Part shown: one piece after another, positions 25,945-37,735 of the stretch | Position numbering within the stretch: the stretch's first letter is position 1 | How the letters are laid out: every line of letters begins with the position of its first letter | NCBI RefSeq assembly: GCF_964213995.1 | Contig: NC_135808.1 | Span: 34,224,001-34,288,000, forward strand | Source: Mustelus asterias | Taxonomy: Eukaryota | Direction of reading: 5' to 3' | DNA length: 64,000 nucleotides | Made by a program: the position numbers and the translations under genes | Notes under the pieces: generated by a model | What the model was told of the DNA's origin: nothing | The model's database searches: none | The model's input: the letters and a program-made list of their open reading frames with translations, nothing else

Positions 25945-26013
25945 GTGAGTTATGAAACAGTAAATAGTTTCTAAATATTAATCTCTGATTTCACTGGACT
26001 CCGTGTGGTGTTA

Positions 26014-26290
26014 TTACAGGAAGTGTTAATTGTATATTAATTGGGTGTTTAATTAAATTCTGGTACTGGGGATTTACTTGTGTTTATAATATACATTGAA
26101 CAGGTAGAGGGTATCTGTCTGTAATCTATAGTTCTGTAAATAAATAGTTTTATATATAGCAGCAAACTGATGTGGTTGTTGGTATTGTAGGTGGATACAC
26201 AAATGCAATGTGTGTCTCTGTAAATAAAAGCTTGTAATGAATAATAATTCTGCTTCAATTCTATCCTTCACCACCTGGCAATCTGAATTA
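26014..26290 (+). repeat. Diverged direct repeat, copy 2 (start of intron 1)
   Basis: See 24596-24940. Confidence 0.8.
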
Positions 26291-26334
26291 TAATCTGCAT
26301 AGTGTGTGTTACATTTATTTTGTATTTCAACAAA

Positions 26335-28090
26335 CACAACTTGCATTTATATAGTGCCTCTTACTGCCTGAAGGCATTTTACTTGAGCTAATCAGACAAA
26401 ACTTGATCCACGAAGGAATTGCTTCAAGGGATGGCTTGCTTGGTGAAATAACTGATTTTAAATAAGTTTCTTAAAGGGGGAGAGTTCAGAGAGAGAATTT
26501 GAAAGTTTACGATCGAGATACCTAAAGCCATTTCCACCAATGGTGGTGTGTGAGAGAGCAGAGGAATGCAGAGTGATCGGAGGACTGTAAAACTGAGCCT
26601 GGGAAAGTGAGGCCACAAATAAATTTCAACATGATGAGAATTTTAAACTTGAGGCATTGCCAGATTGGGAGCGAATACAGATCATTGAACACAGAAACAG
26701 GACTGGGTGTGAGTATGGATGTAGGTAGCAGAGTTTCGGATGATGTCACTGAGGAGCAGAGCTTGGATGTGAAACAGGAGGGAGACAAGAATAAATCACA
26801 TAGAATTACACAGAATAATACAGCACGGAATCCAGGCATTCCACCAAACCGGAACATTCCAGAGTTTATATTCCACCTCAGATCAACCTCCTCATCCCAA
26901 TTCCCTTTTCCATCATCTCCATATCTAACTTCCCTGAAATACATCCACACCATTCACTACAGCCACATCTTAGATAACAGTGAGAGCAGAGAGAGAAACC
27001 AATGAGGAGCTCTGGCCACAGTTAAATATAGAACCAGGTGAGAGCAGTCGCACCCAGCTGGGTGACAAGGAAGAGCTATTGGAGGAGGATGGTGTGGGTG
27101 TTAATCATGGATTGAGAAGGTGAGCTGAGGGGGACAGGAACCCCGCAGAGAGCAGAAGCACCGAGAAGGATGAGGAGGATTTTTGTCACAGTCAAATATG
27201 ATATTGTTTGCGGACTTTGATAAGAATCATCTCAGTACTGTGAGAGAACCCGACTGGAAAAGGATCAGGGGGTGTTTTTTGAAGGTGATGACATAATTTA
27301 AATAGAGAGGGACAACATCTGGAGAGAGTGAACGGTGAACAATATCGGCAAACATGGGGAGCAGGAGGGGAAGTTGGGTGATTCAGTGAGAATAGGGTCG
27401 AGGGAACAGGAGGTGGGTCTCATGGACAAGATGAGCTCAGACAGGGCATGAGGGGAGACAGGAGAGAAGATGTGAGTTCAGGGCTCAGCCAGGGGGGAAT
27501 ATTAATGGAAGTTTATCCGGGCAGGTTAGTAAAAGGGAGGGAAGTGGCAGAGGCAGCTGATGGGAAGGTAATAATCTTAGTGACAAAGGAATCCTTGAGC
27601 TCCTCTCACTTGTTGGAAGTGAGGGTGGAGGAGACTGGAGCGGGGAGAAGACTGGGGGTGTGGGGTGTGACAGGGTTAAGAAGTTTGCAGCAGAAAAAAA
27701 GAAGCCTGAAGATACATTTACAATTAGGCTCAGGCAGAAGTGAAATATTTTAGAGGAGTTAGGGTGGAGAAATTGGAAGTCTGGGCAAATTCAGGAGGTC
27801 AGGGAGGATGAGGGTGTTGGGAGATTGGGAGGGGGGAGGGGTATGGGGAGAGGAGTGTTCAGAGTTGTAACATCAGTGGAGTGGTGGGGGGAGGGGACAC
27901 AGAGGTCAGGACTGCAGGGAACCAGGAGGTCGGGTTTTAGGGGAGTCGGGAGGGTGAGTGGAAAGTTGACAAGTAGGTGGGAATGGGAGTGAGACTGGGA
28001 AATCCTGTAGGAATTGGACACCGCAGTTTCCATGGAGATGGGAGCAATAAAAACAACAAATAAATGGTGAGCAGAAAAGGGACAGAGAGA
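26335..28090 (-). mobile_element. Highly decayed L2-like LINE remnants
   Basis: caacttgcatttatatagtgcc (reverse of an L2-type 3' end) followed by purine-rich patchy remnants. Boundaries approximate. Confidence 0.45.
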
Positions 28091-28114
28091 AGCAGCCATT
28101 AAAGGTGGTAGTAA

Positions 28115-28375
28115 GAGAGAGGGGGGAGAGGGGAGAATAGGAGAGTCAGAGAGGAGCAGAGAGTAAAGGGGAGAGTGAGATAGATAGAGATGAGCAAAGA
28201 GGAAAAGGGAGAGTGGGGCGGGGTGGGGGGGAGGGGGGGAGAGAGAGAGAGAAAGAAAGACAGATGAGCAGACAATAAAGAGCAGTGGGAGACTTAGAGA
28301 GAGGAGCAGAGAGTAAAGGGAGAGAGGGAGAGACAGTGGGAGAGGAGCATATAGTTAAGGGGAAACTGGGAGACA
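28115..28375. repeat. GA-rich low-complexity tract
   Basis: (GA)n and repeated gagaggagcagagagtaaaggg. Confidence 0.75.
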
Positions 28376-28394
28376 CACAAAGGCCTGGATTTTC

Positions 28395-28483
28395 ACAGTA
28401 ACAAGTCTCACAACACCAGGTTAAAGTTCAACAGGTTAATTTGGTAGCACAAGCTTTCGGAACGCTGCTCCTTCATCAGGTGA
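28395..28483 (-). mobile_element. Penelope pLTR end fragment with hammerhead motif
   Basis: - strand: cac-CTGATGA-a-ggagc[agc]gttcc-GAAA-gcTT-gtg...gagacttgttactgtg. Confidence 0.75.
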
Positions 28484-28848
28484 TGGTAAAATCAGGCATG
28501 AGGCGATTAGTGTGGTCTGAGTCCGTTTTCATGCCAGTTCCCACTTTATCAAGGTCAAAAAATCGACATGATCGGGAACCCAGACAAAATCGGCGTGACA
28601 TCAGTTATAATATTTTTGCATGCATCTCAATCCAATTAGCGAGCTGCACGCACCAATTTATCAGCACGCCTGCCTTTACCACTACATCTGCCCCAGCCAG
28701 ATTAGTCAGAAACAAACATGCCCTATAAATGTCTGATTCGGGTGCTCCATCAGTGAGGGTTAGTGAGGAGGTAAGTGCCGAGCGTCCGATGGCTCCGTGC
28801 TGCTCACTGGTAGCCTTGTTGCGTTTTGGATCAGGAGGGCTCTGCGAG

Positions 28849-28872
28849 TGTGTGTGTGTGTGTGTGTGTGTG
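28849..28872. repeat. (TG)n microsatellite
   Basis: About 12 TG units. Confidence 0.9.
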
Positions 28873-29756
28873 CGGGGGGTGTTGGGGGAGGCTGTTGCTC
28901 ATCACTGTGTTCAATGTCCGATTTGCAGCACGGACACAGGTCTTAGCACTGACCTCAGGTCTTAGGGATGCTGCTGGGTCCTAGTGCACGCAGCACTCTT
29001 CCAGGTGGGGATGTGCTGGAAGCCCTTTGAAATAATAGTACTGCAAGCTCAGGACTTCAAGCAGAAGTGTATTTAGTCACTACTGCATTGGTTCTGGTGT
29101 GTGTTACCTGGGGGCGGGGGGGAGGGGGGGTGGAGGATGGGGAGGGGGCTGTGTTGCTGGGCAGCTGTGGGGGGAGGGGTGGGCTGCCACTCTGCCTGTG
29201 ATCCTGCACTGGCTCTGTGATCTGCTCCATTTCCAGCTTTACCAGCCACAATGAAAGCTCCCATCCATCAGACCTGTCCTATGAATACCTAACATACTGA
29301 CTGAGTTGTCTACACCAGCTCCAATACTGGCAATTACAGGGTTAACCATGTAAGCTTCACAGCCTACAGTAGATCCCTCGACCATACCTAGTCACTGATT
29401 TTGGGACAGGTCCCTGAGCTTCCCCTCAATACAGAGGTGCTGATACCTGGTCTGGTTTTTATCACTTATCCAATCGTCTGGTCCCCAACACAGGCCTTGA
29501 TCTAATGCAGCCATCTGATCTGATCTTGCAGCCCTCAGCCCAGGGCCCTGATCCTATCTCACTGGGCTTTCACACCTAGCCAACCATCCACCATTTCCCA
29601 AAGGTGGCATAGTAGTATTGTTGCTGGACTAGTAATCCACAGACCCAGGGTAATGGTCTGGGGACCTGGGTTCAAATCCCACTATGGCAGTTAATAAATT
29701 CAATTCAATAAAAAATGTGGAATTAAAAATGTAATGGTGACCAAAAACCATTGCCA

Positions 29757-30591
29757 AATGGGCCAGAATCTGGCAGATGCAGTTTAATGTGGATAAATAT
29801 GAGGGTATCCATTTTGGCCAGAAAAATAAAAGGGCAATTTACTATTTAAATGGGAAACAGATTCAAAAGGTGTCTGTACAGAGGGAACTGGGTGTCCTTG
29901 TGCACGAGTCTCAGAAAGTGGGTATGTAGGTGCAGAATTTTATAAGGAAGGCTAATGGAATCTTGGCATTTATTGCAAAGGGTCTAGAGTATTAAGGTAG
30001 AGAAGTGTTGTTACAATTGTATAAGGCATTAGTGAGTACTGTGTTCAGTTTTGGTCACCTTCTTTAAGGAAGGATGTGGTGACACTGGAGGTGGTTCAGA
30101 AGAGATTCACTAGATTGATTCCAGGTTTGAAGGGCTGTTGTATGAGAAGTGGTTGTGTAGCTTGGGCTTGTACTCGCTGGAGTACAGAAAAATGAGGGGG
30201 GAATTGATTGAGGTGTATAAAATACTCAATGGGATTGATAAAGTAAATATTGACCAAATGTTCCCCATGCTAGGACAGTCTAGGACAAGAGGTCATAGCT
30301 GTAGACTAAGAGGAGGGAGGTTCAAGACAGAGATAAGGAGAAGCTACTTTTCACAGAGGGTTGTGAATCTATGGACCTCACTGGCCCAGAGTGCAGTAGA
30401 TGCAGAATCAATCATGGATTCAAGGAAGAGATAGATAAATATTTGATCAAAAGCGGGATAAAGGGCTATGAGGAAAAGGTAGGAAAGTGGAGTTAGGATG
30501 AGATGAAGATCAGCCATGATCATATAGAATGTTGAAGTGGGCTCAAAGGGCTGAATTACCTAAGCTTGCTCCTAATTCTTATGTTTCTATG
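29757..30591 (+). mobile_element. CR1 3' fragment
   Basis: LGLYSLE..MRGELIEVYK..RTRGH..FSQRVVNLW; tail ttcttatgtttctatg. Confidence 0.85.
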
Positions 30592-32083
30592 AAGTCACTA
30601 ATGCTCGAAAACCTGACATTTGGTGACAAGATAAGGCCTGAATTGCGATTGATTCTTAAATGGCCTAGCAAGACATTCAGTTGTATCCAACCACAGAAAG
30701 TCGACCAAATGGAATGAAACTGGACCTGGGCACCAGAAATGACAATGACAACAAACACCTGTGGGCTTGTGCCAAAGCTGGGAGAGCTGTCTCACAGAGT
30801 AGTCACACACACAGAATCATGCCTGACAGACAATGTCCCAGACACCATGGTATGTTCACCAGCAGCACACACACAGTAGAGCTGGCGACGCAGGGGTATA
30901 CTGTCAGGAGGAAGTTGCCATGTTTGACTTTATGCCATGGGATCAGAGTGAATGGACCCCATGAGGTGCCATGGCATAAGGTCAAACATGGACGAGGAAA
31001 GCTCATGCTGATTGCCACATATACCACCTCCAGCTGATGAATCAGTACTCATTCATGGTGACAAGGGTGCAGATTGTGGCTTGGTATCACTATTATAGTC
31101 CTAAAGGATATAGCTGCTAGACAGGGTCTTCAGCAGGTGGTGAGGGAACCAACAAGAAGGAAAAACATTCTTGACTTCATCCTCACAACCTGCCTGCCAC
31201 AGATGCATCTGTCCCTGACGGTATCAGCAGGAGTGACCGCTGCACAGTCCTTGTGGAGATCAAGTCACATCTTCACATTGAGGATACCCTCCAGCATGTT
31301 GTGTGACACTACCACCGTTCTAAACGGGGTAGACTTCAAACAGATCTAGCAATTCAAGACTGGGTAACTGCAGCATCCAGCCATGAATGGTGGTGGACAA
31401 TTAAACAACTCACTGGAAATGGAGAAAGCTCCACAAAGGAGCCCAGCACACCAGTGCAAAATTTAACGCTGAAGCATTCGCAACAATCTTCAGCCGGAAG
31501 TGCAGAGTGGATGATTCATTTCAGCCTCCTCCAGAGGTCCGCGGAATCACAGGTGTCAGTCTTCAACCAATTCGATTCACTCCATGTGATATTAAAAAAT
31601 GGTTGAAAGCACTGGATACTGCAACGGTTATGGGCCCTGACAATATTCTGGCAAAAGATTTGTGTTCCAGAACTTGCCATGCCCCTAGCTAGAGTGTTTC
31701 AGTATAGCTACAACATTGTCATCTGCCCTTGACATCAAGGCAAGATTTAACTGAGTGTGGCATCAAACTGGAGTCAATGGGAATCAGGAGGAAAAACCTC
31801 CACTGGTTGGAGTCATTGGCACAAAGGAAGATGGTTGTAGTGGTTGGAGGTTAATCATCTCAGTTACAGGACATCACTGCAGGAGTTCCTCAGGGTAATG
31901 CCCGAGGTGCAACCATCTTCAGCGGCTTCATCATTGACCTTCCTTCCATCATAAGGTCAGAAGTGGGAATGTTCGCCAATGATTGCACAGTGTTTCAGCA
32001 CCATTCATGACTCCTCAGATACTGAAGCAGTCCATGTCCAAATACAACAAGACCTGGACAATATCCGGGCTGTCAAGGGCAAG

Positions 32084-32812
32084 TGTAGACAGGGTTTTCC
32101 TCTCGAGGCTACTTAAGCTCAGAGATTCATGAAACGCAGTGTACTGATTTTTAAGACATAACTTTATTTAAACGAACGATCAAATGGAAGAATGATACAA
32201 GGAAGCCCAGCACTCAAGGTACAGAATGCAGGCAGCCCAATATCATTCTGAAGAACAATGCCCCCGTGAAGGCAATTATGCATTCACCAAATCATATTGC
32301 CCACCTTTCTGGTGGGCATTATCCAATAATCATTCATACAAATCAGTCAATAATCACCCTGTCATTAACTCCAGCCAATAACAATACACATCATGACCTA
32401 ATGGGATTTTATTTGTTATTAATTACGGATGTACTCCCCCCTCCTGTTGCCTCATAACATGAGACACTGGACATGAAACGGGAGGATGAATCCTACTGAA
32501 TTGAACCCATGTGACTCTTATCCGATCCTGAGAAATCCCTTGATGTCTACTTGCCACTTGCATTATCAACTTGAAGTTGTATGACACTATTCGTCAAATT
32601 GACATTGGCAGCCATCTTGTTCCCGACCACTGCTCATAACATAACTGCTCTCAGTGGAACTCTCCCACCAGGGCCTGCTGTATTTTGTCATTGACTGAAG
32701 CTTCACAAAATGTCACTAAAAGCAAACCACATCCATTTTATAAATTCAAAATAAATGTTTTAAATGAGAAATATTTGTATTCATATAGAGGTGTCTTCTA
32801 AACAAACAGCCC
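32084..32812 (-). repeat. LTR-like/composite insertion inside the LINE
   Basis: LINE codons (..KWQV|..PHKC) are separated by this block, which starts TGT and has TTTATT at ~32163. Its right part is duplicated at 35117-35312. Confidence 0.5.
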
Positions 32813-33494
32813 TTGTACCACACAAGTGTCAGGCAATGACCATCTCCAACAAAAGAGGATCTAACCATCACCCATTGACATTCAATGGCCTTACCATAAC
32901 TGAGTACAGCGCTATCAACATCTTGGGGGTTATCATTGACCAGAAACTGAACTATCCATATAAATTCTGGGGCTACAAGAGGTCAGAGGCTAGGAATCCT
33001 GTGGCGAGAAACTCGCCTCCTGACTTCCCAAAGCCTGTCCACCATCTACAAGACACAAGTCAAGCATTTGGTGGAAAACTTTCCACTTGCCTGGGTGAGT
33101 GCAGCTCTGACAACACTCAAGAAGCTCGACGCCATCCAGGTCAAAGCAGCCCGCTTGATTGCTATCCTATCCACAAACATCTAATCCCTCCACCACCAAT
33201 GAACAGTGACAGCTGTGTGTACAATCTACAAGATGCACTGCAAGAACTCACCAAGGTTCCTTAGGCAGAACTTTCCAAATCCATGGCTATTACCATCTGG
33301 AAGGACAAGGGCATCAGATACCTGGGAACACCACCACCTAGAGATTTCCCTCCAAGCCACTCACCATCCTGACTTGGAATTATGTCGCTGTTCTTCCATT
33401 GTCGCTGGGTCAGAATTCTGGAATTCCTTCCTATCCTATGTGGGTGCACCTGCACCTCAGGGATTGTAGCGATTTAAGAAAGCAACTCAGCACC

Positions 33495-33817
33495 ACAGTG
33501 CTGTCTCACAGCACCAGGGACCCAGGTTCAATTACGGCTTTGGGTTACTGTGTGTGGAGTTTGCACATTCTCCCTGTGTCTGTGTGGGTTTCCTCCGGGT
33601 GCTCCGGTTTCCTCCCACAGAACCAAAGATGTGCAGATTAGGTTGATTGACCATGCTTAATTGCCCTTTAGTATCTCAAAGTGTGTAGGTTAGGGGAATT
33701 AGTGGGATATGCGTGGAGTTAGAGGGATAGAACCTGGGTAGGATGCTCTGTTGGAGAGTAGGTGCAGACTCAATGGGCCAAATGGCCTCTTCTGCACTGT
33801 AGGTACTCTATGATTCT
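33495..33817 (+). mobile_element. HE1-type V-SINE
   Basis: V domain and CR1-like tail. Confidence 0.85.
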
Positions 33818-34045
33818 CAAGGGCAAGTATGGATGGGCAATAGCCAGTGAAACTCTCACCTTTAAGAGTTTTAAAAAATCTACATGTACCACTAGCCTCA
33901 GAGCTTGCTTTTTAAAGCTCCACTTCATAGAGACACCTCCTGAAACAGCTATAAGATTTTATACTTCAGGATATATACTAATGTCTTTGGATATAAACCC
34001 CAGTGACTGAAAGGTGGTCCATCATTGTGAAGTGTTTGCCTAACT

Positions 34046-35078
34046 CAACTCCAAACTCCATGGCCTGGGCCTCGGCTCCTCCCTCTGCGACTGGATCCTG
34101 AACTTCGTAACTCACAGGCGACAATAAGGATCGGCAACAACACCTCCTCCACGATCATCTCAATTCCAGTGCCCCACAAGGCTGTGTTCTCAGCCCCCTA
34201 CTATACTCCTTATACACCGATGACTGTGCGGCCAAATTCCCCTCCGACTCGATTTTCAAGTTTGCTGATGACACCACCGTAGTGGGTCGGATCTCAAACA
34301 ATCACAAGACGGAGTACAGGAAAGAGATAGAAAATCTGGTGAACTGGTGCAGCAACAATAATCTCTCCCTCAATGTCAACAAAAAGGAGATTGTCATCGA
34401 CTTCGGGAAGCATAGTGGAGAACATGGCCGTCTACATCAACAAGGACGAAGTAGAAATGGTCGAGAGCTTCAAGTTTTTAGGTGCCCAGATCACCAACAA
34501 CCTGTCCTGGTCCTCCCATGCCAACACTATAGTTAAGAAAATCCACCAACGCCTCTACTTTCTCAGAAGACTGAGGAAATTTGGCATGTCAGCTGCAACT
34601 CTCACCAACTTTTACAGATGCAACATAGAAAGCATCACAGCTTGGTATGGCTCCTGCTCTACCCAAGACTGCAAGAAACTACAAAAGATCGTGAATGTAG
34701 CCCAATCCATCACGCAAACCAGTCTCCCATCCATTGACTCTGTCTACACTTCCCGCTGCCTCGGCAAAGCAGCAGCATAATTAAGGACCCCATGCACCCC
34801 GGACATTCTCTCTTCCACCTTCTTCCGTCGGGAAAAAGACACAAAAGTCTGAGGTCACGTACCAACCTACTCAAGAACAGCTTCTTCCCTGCTGCTGTCA
34901 GACTTTTGAATGGACTTACCTTGCATTAAGTTGATCTTTCTCTACACCCTAGCTATGACTGTAACACTACATTCTGCACTCTCTCGTTTCCTTCTTATGA
35001 ACGATATGTTTTGTCTGTGTAACACGCAAGAAACAATACTATGTATGCTAATACATGTGACAATAAATCAAATCAAAC
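34046..35078 (+). mobile_element. Rex1/Babar-type LINE, 5'-truncated RT
   Basis: LC.WIL.F, APQGCVLSPLLY, FKFADDTTVVG, FKFLG..I.NNLSW, QRLYFLRRLRKF; tail gtgacaataaatcaaatc. Confidence 0.88.
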
Positions 35079-35821
35079 CATATGCAATTCTCATTTTTAT
35101 ACATTTATTATGTTACAATAACATAAATGCTCTCAGTGGAGCTATTGTTTAATACCTCTCCCAGCAGGGCCTGCTGTATTTAATCTTTGACTGAAGCTTC
35201 ACAGAATGTCATGAAAAATAAACCACATCCATTTTATAAATTCAAAATACATGCTTTAAATGAGAAATATTTGTTATTCATATAGAGGTGTCTTCTATAA
35301 CAACAGCCCTTGTCAGTGCTCTCCATAACCCTATGTTAGCTTCAGATTTATTTTCATGCCAAAAGATTTCTTCCAATATGATGATGTTGATTTTGGCAGT
35401 TACAGAAGGAAAGTTGCGCAGGGCTCCCTCTGGTGTCTGCTAGCCCATTCCCATGTGGGCGAGGCCATGTTGTACCAGAGATTGTACAGCTCCATTTTGT
35501 ACTTACAGTAAAGCTCAACTTTTTCACCTAAACGCTGTTGATATTGTGATCCAGTCTGTGTGCCTACTGAAGGTAAACAGTCCATTTCCTAGTCATAGAA
35601 CTAAGCTTAGAGACACTTCAGGAAATACTAACTTAAAACTAGGCCTATATCAAAGGTTAAGTTTGATTCGCTCTGAGGACCTATTCGTCAATTAGTAACT
35701 GGAAATTAAGTCAGTTTGTCGTTTTAAAATTGGTCTTGTCGCAATAGAATAATCAGTCAGTCTACACTCAGAAGATGGGACAAAAATCCCACGTGTGGAC
35801 ATGCATGGTCTGACTCATTTG

Positions 35822-36495
35822 TATCCCCACTGTCAACATCCTTGGGGTTACCATTGACCAGAAACTCAACTGGACTCACCACATAAACACAGTGGCTACA
35901 AGAGCAGGTCAGAGGCTAGGAATACTGCGGCGAATAACTCACCTCCTAACTCCCCAAAGCCTATCCACGATCTACAAGGCACAAGTCAGGAGTGTGATGG
36001 AATATTCCCCAACTGCCTGGATGGGTCCAGCTCCAACAACACTCAAGAAGCTTGACACCATTCAGGACAAAATAGCCCGCTTGATTGGCACCACATCTAC
36101 AAATATTCAATCCCTTCACCACTGATGTTCCGTAGCAGCAGTGTGTACTATCTACAAGATGCACTGCAGCAATTCACCAAAGATCCTTAGAAAGCACCTT
36201 CCAAACTCACGACCACTTCCATCTCTAAGGACAAGTGCACCAAATACATGGGAACACCAACACCTGCAAGTTCCCTGCCAAGCCACTCACCATCCTGACT
36301 TGGAAATACATCCATCCTTCCTTCACTGTCTTGGGTCAAAATCCTGGAATTCCCTCCCTAACAGCATTTTGGGACAACCCACAGCACATGGACCACAGCG
36401 ATTCAAAAAAGGTAGCGCACCACCACCTTCTCAAGCACAACTAGGGATGGGTAATAATTGCTGGCCAGCCAGCGACGCCCATGTCCCACAAATGA
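35822..36495 (+). mobile_element. CR1/L2-group LINE 3' fragment (same family as 29603-33845)
   Basis: LGVTIDQKLNW, AGQRLGILRR, LSTIYKAQVRSVMEYS. Confidence 0.8.
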
Positions 36496-36611
36496 TAAGA
36501 GATAACAGATAAGAGATTTTAATTATTACAGCCTTGGATCCCATTAATATATGGCTGATTAGACTGATCTTACCAATAATGTTCCCTAATTTGTCTGTAT
36601 AGTGTGTAAAA

Positions 36612-37735
36612 TGATGTGGAGATGCTGGCGTTGGACTGGCGTAAACACATTAAGAAGTCTCACAACACCAGGTTAAAGTCCAACAGGTTTATTTGGTAGC
36701 AAAAGCCACTAGCTTTCGGAGCGCTGCTCCTTCGTCAGGTAAGTGGGAGCTCTGTTCACAAACAGGGTATATAAAGACACAAACTCAATTTACAAAATAA
36801 TGGTTGGAATGCGAGTCTTTACAGGTAATCAAGTCTTAAAGGTACAGACAATGTGACTGGAGAGAGGGTTAAGCACAGGTTAAAGAGATGTGTATTGTCT
36901 CCAGCTAGGACAGTTAGTGAGATTTTGCAAGCCCGGGCAAGTCGTGGGGGTTACAGATAGTGTGGCATGAACCCAAAATCCCGGTTGAGGCCATCCTCAT
37001 GTGTGCGGAACTTGGCTATCAGTCTCTGCTCTGCGCTGTCGTGTGTCGTGAAGGCCGCCTTGGAGAACGCTTAATCGAAGATCAGAGAGTGAATGCCCGT
37101 GACCGCTGAAGTGTTCCCTAACAGGAAGAGAACAGTCTTGCCTGGTGATTGTCGAGCGGTGTTCATTCATCCGTTGTCGTAGCGTCTGCATGGTCTCCCC
37201 AATGTACCATGCCTCGGGACATCCTTTCCTGCAGCATATCAGGTCAACAACGTTGGCTGAGTTGCAAGAGTAGGTACCGTGTACCTGGTGGATGGCGTTC
37301 TCACGTGAGATGATGGCATCCGTGTTGATGATCCGGCACGTCTTGCAGAGGTTGCTGTGGCAGGGTTGTGTGGTGTCGTGGTGACTGTTCTCCTGAAGGC
37401 TGGGTAGTTTGCTGTGGACAATGGTCTGTTTGAGGTTGTGCGGTTGTTTGAAGGCAAGAAGTGGGGGTGTTGGGATGGCCTTGGCGAGATGTTCGTCTTC
37501 ATCAATGACATGTTGAAGGCTCCAGAGCAGATGTCGTAGCTTCTCCACTCCGGGGAAGGACTGGACGACGAAGGGTACTCTGTCCACCGTGTCCTGTGTT
37601 TGTCTTTTGAGGAGGTCGGTGCGGTTTTTCGCTGTGGCGCGTCGGAACTGTCGATCGATGAGTCGAGCGCCATATCCTGTTCTTATGAGGGCATCTTCCA
37701 GCGTCTGGAGGTGTCTGTTGCGATCCTCCTCATCC
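36612..37735 (-). mobile_element. Penelope-like element 3' half (GIY-YIG + complete pLTR and tail)
   Basis: ORF 36997-37749 contains C..NLCKTC, WYIGETMQTLRQRMNEH. Terminal tail tgatgtggagatgctggcgttggact at 36612. Confidence 0.92.
36706..36746 (-). ncRNA. Minimal hammerhead ribozyme motif
   Basis: - strand: tac-CTGACGA-a-ggagc[agc]gctcc-GAAA-gcTA-gtg. Confidence 0.75.

Larger units (their letters stand above)
29603..33845 (+). mobile_element. Decayed tRNA-headed CR1/L2-group LINE, interrupted by a CR1, an LTR-like insert and a SINE
   Basis: Pol III-like head (tggcatagtag; ggttcaaatcc). Fragments LQQVVREPTR..NILD, GPDNI, AGVPQG, PHKCQAM, LGV.IDQKLN. 3' UTR caagggcaa..gatgggcaat. Confidence 0.7.

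Noticed and set aside
32074-32815. DNA transposon with CAAGGGC/GCCCTTG terminal inverted repeats
   Set aside because: The left motif is explained by host LINE codons (D-K-W-Q-V); the match is probably coincidental.
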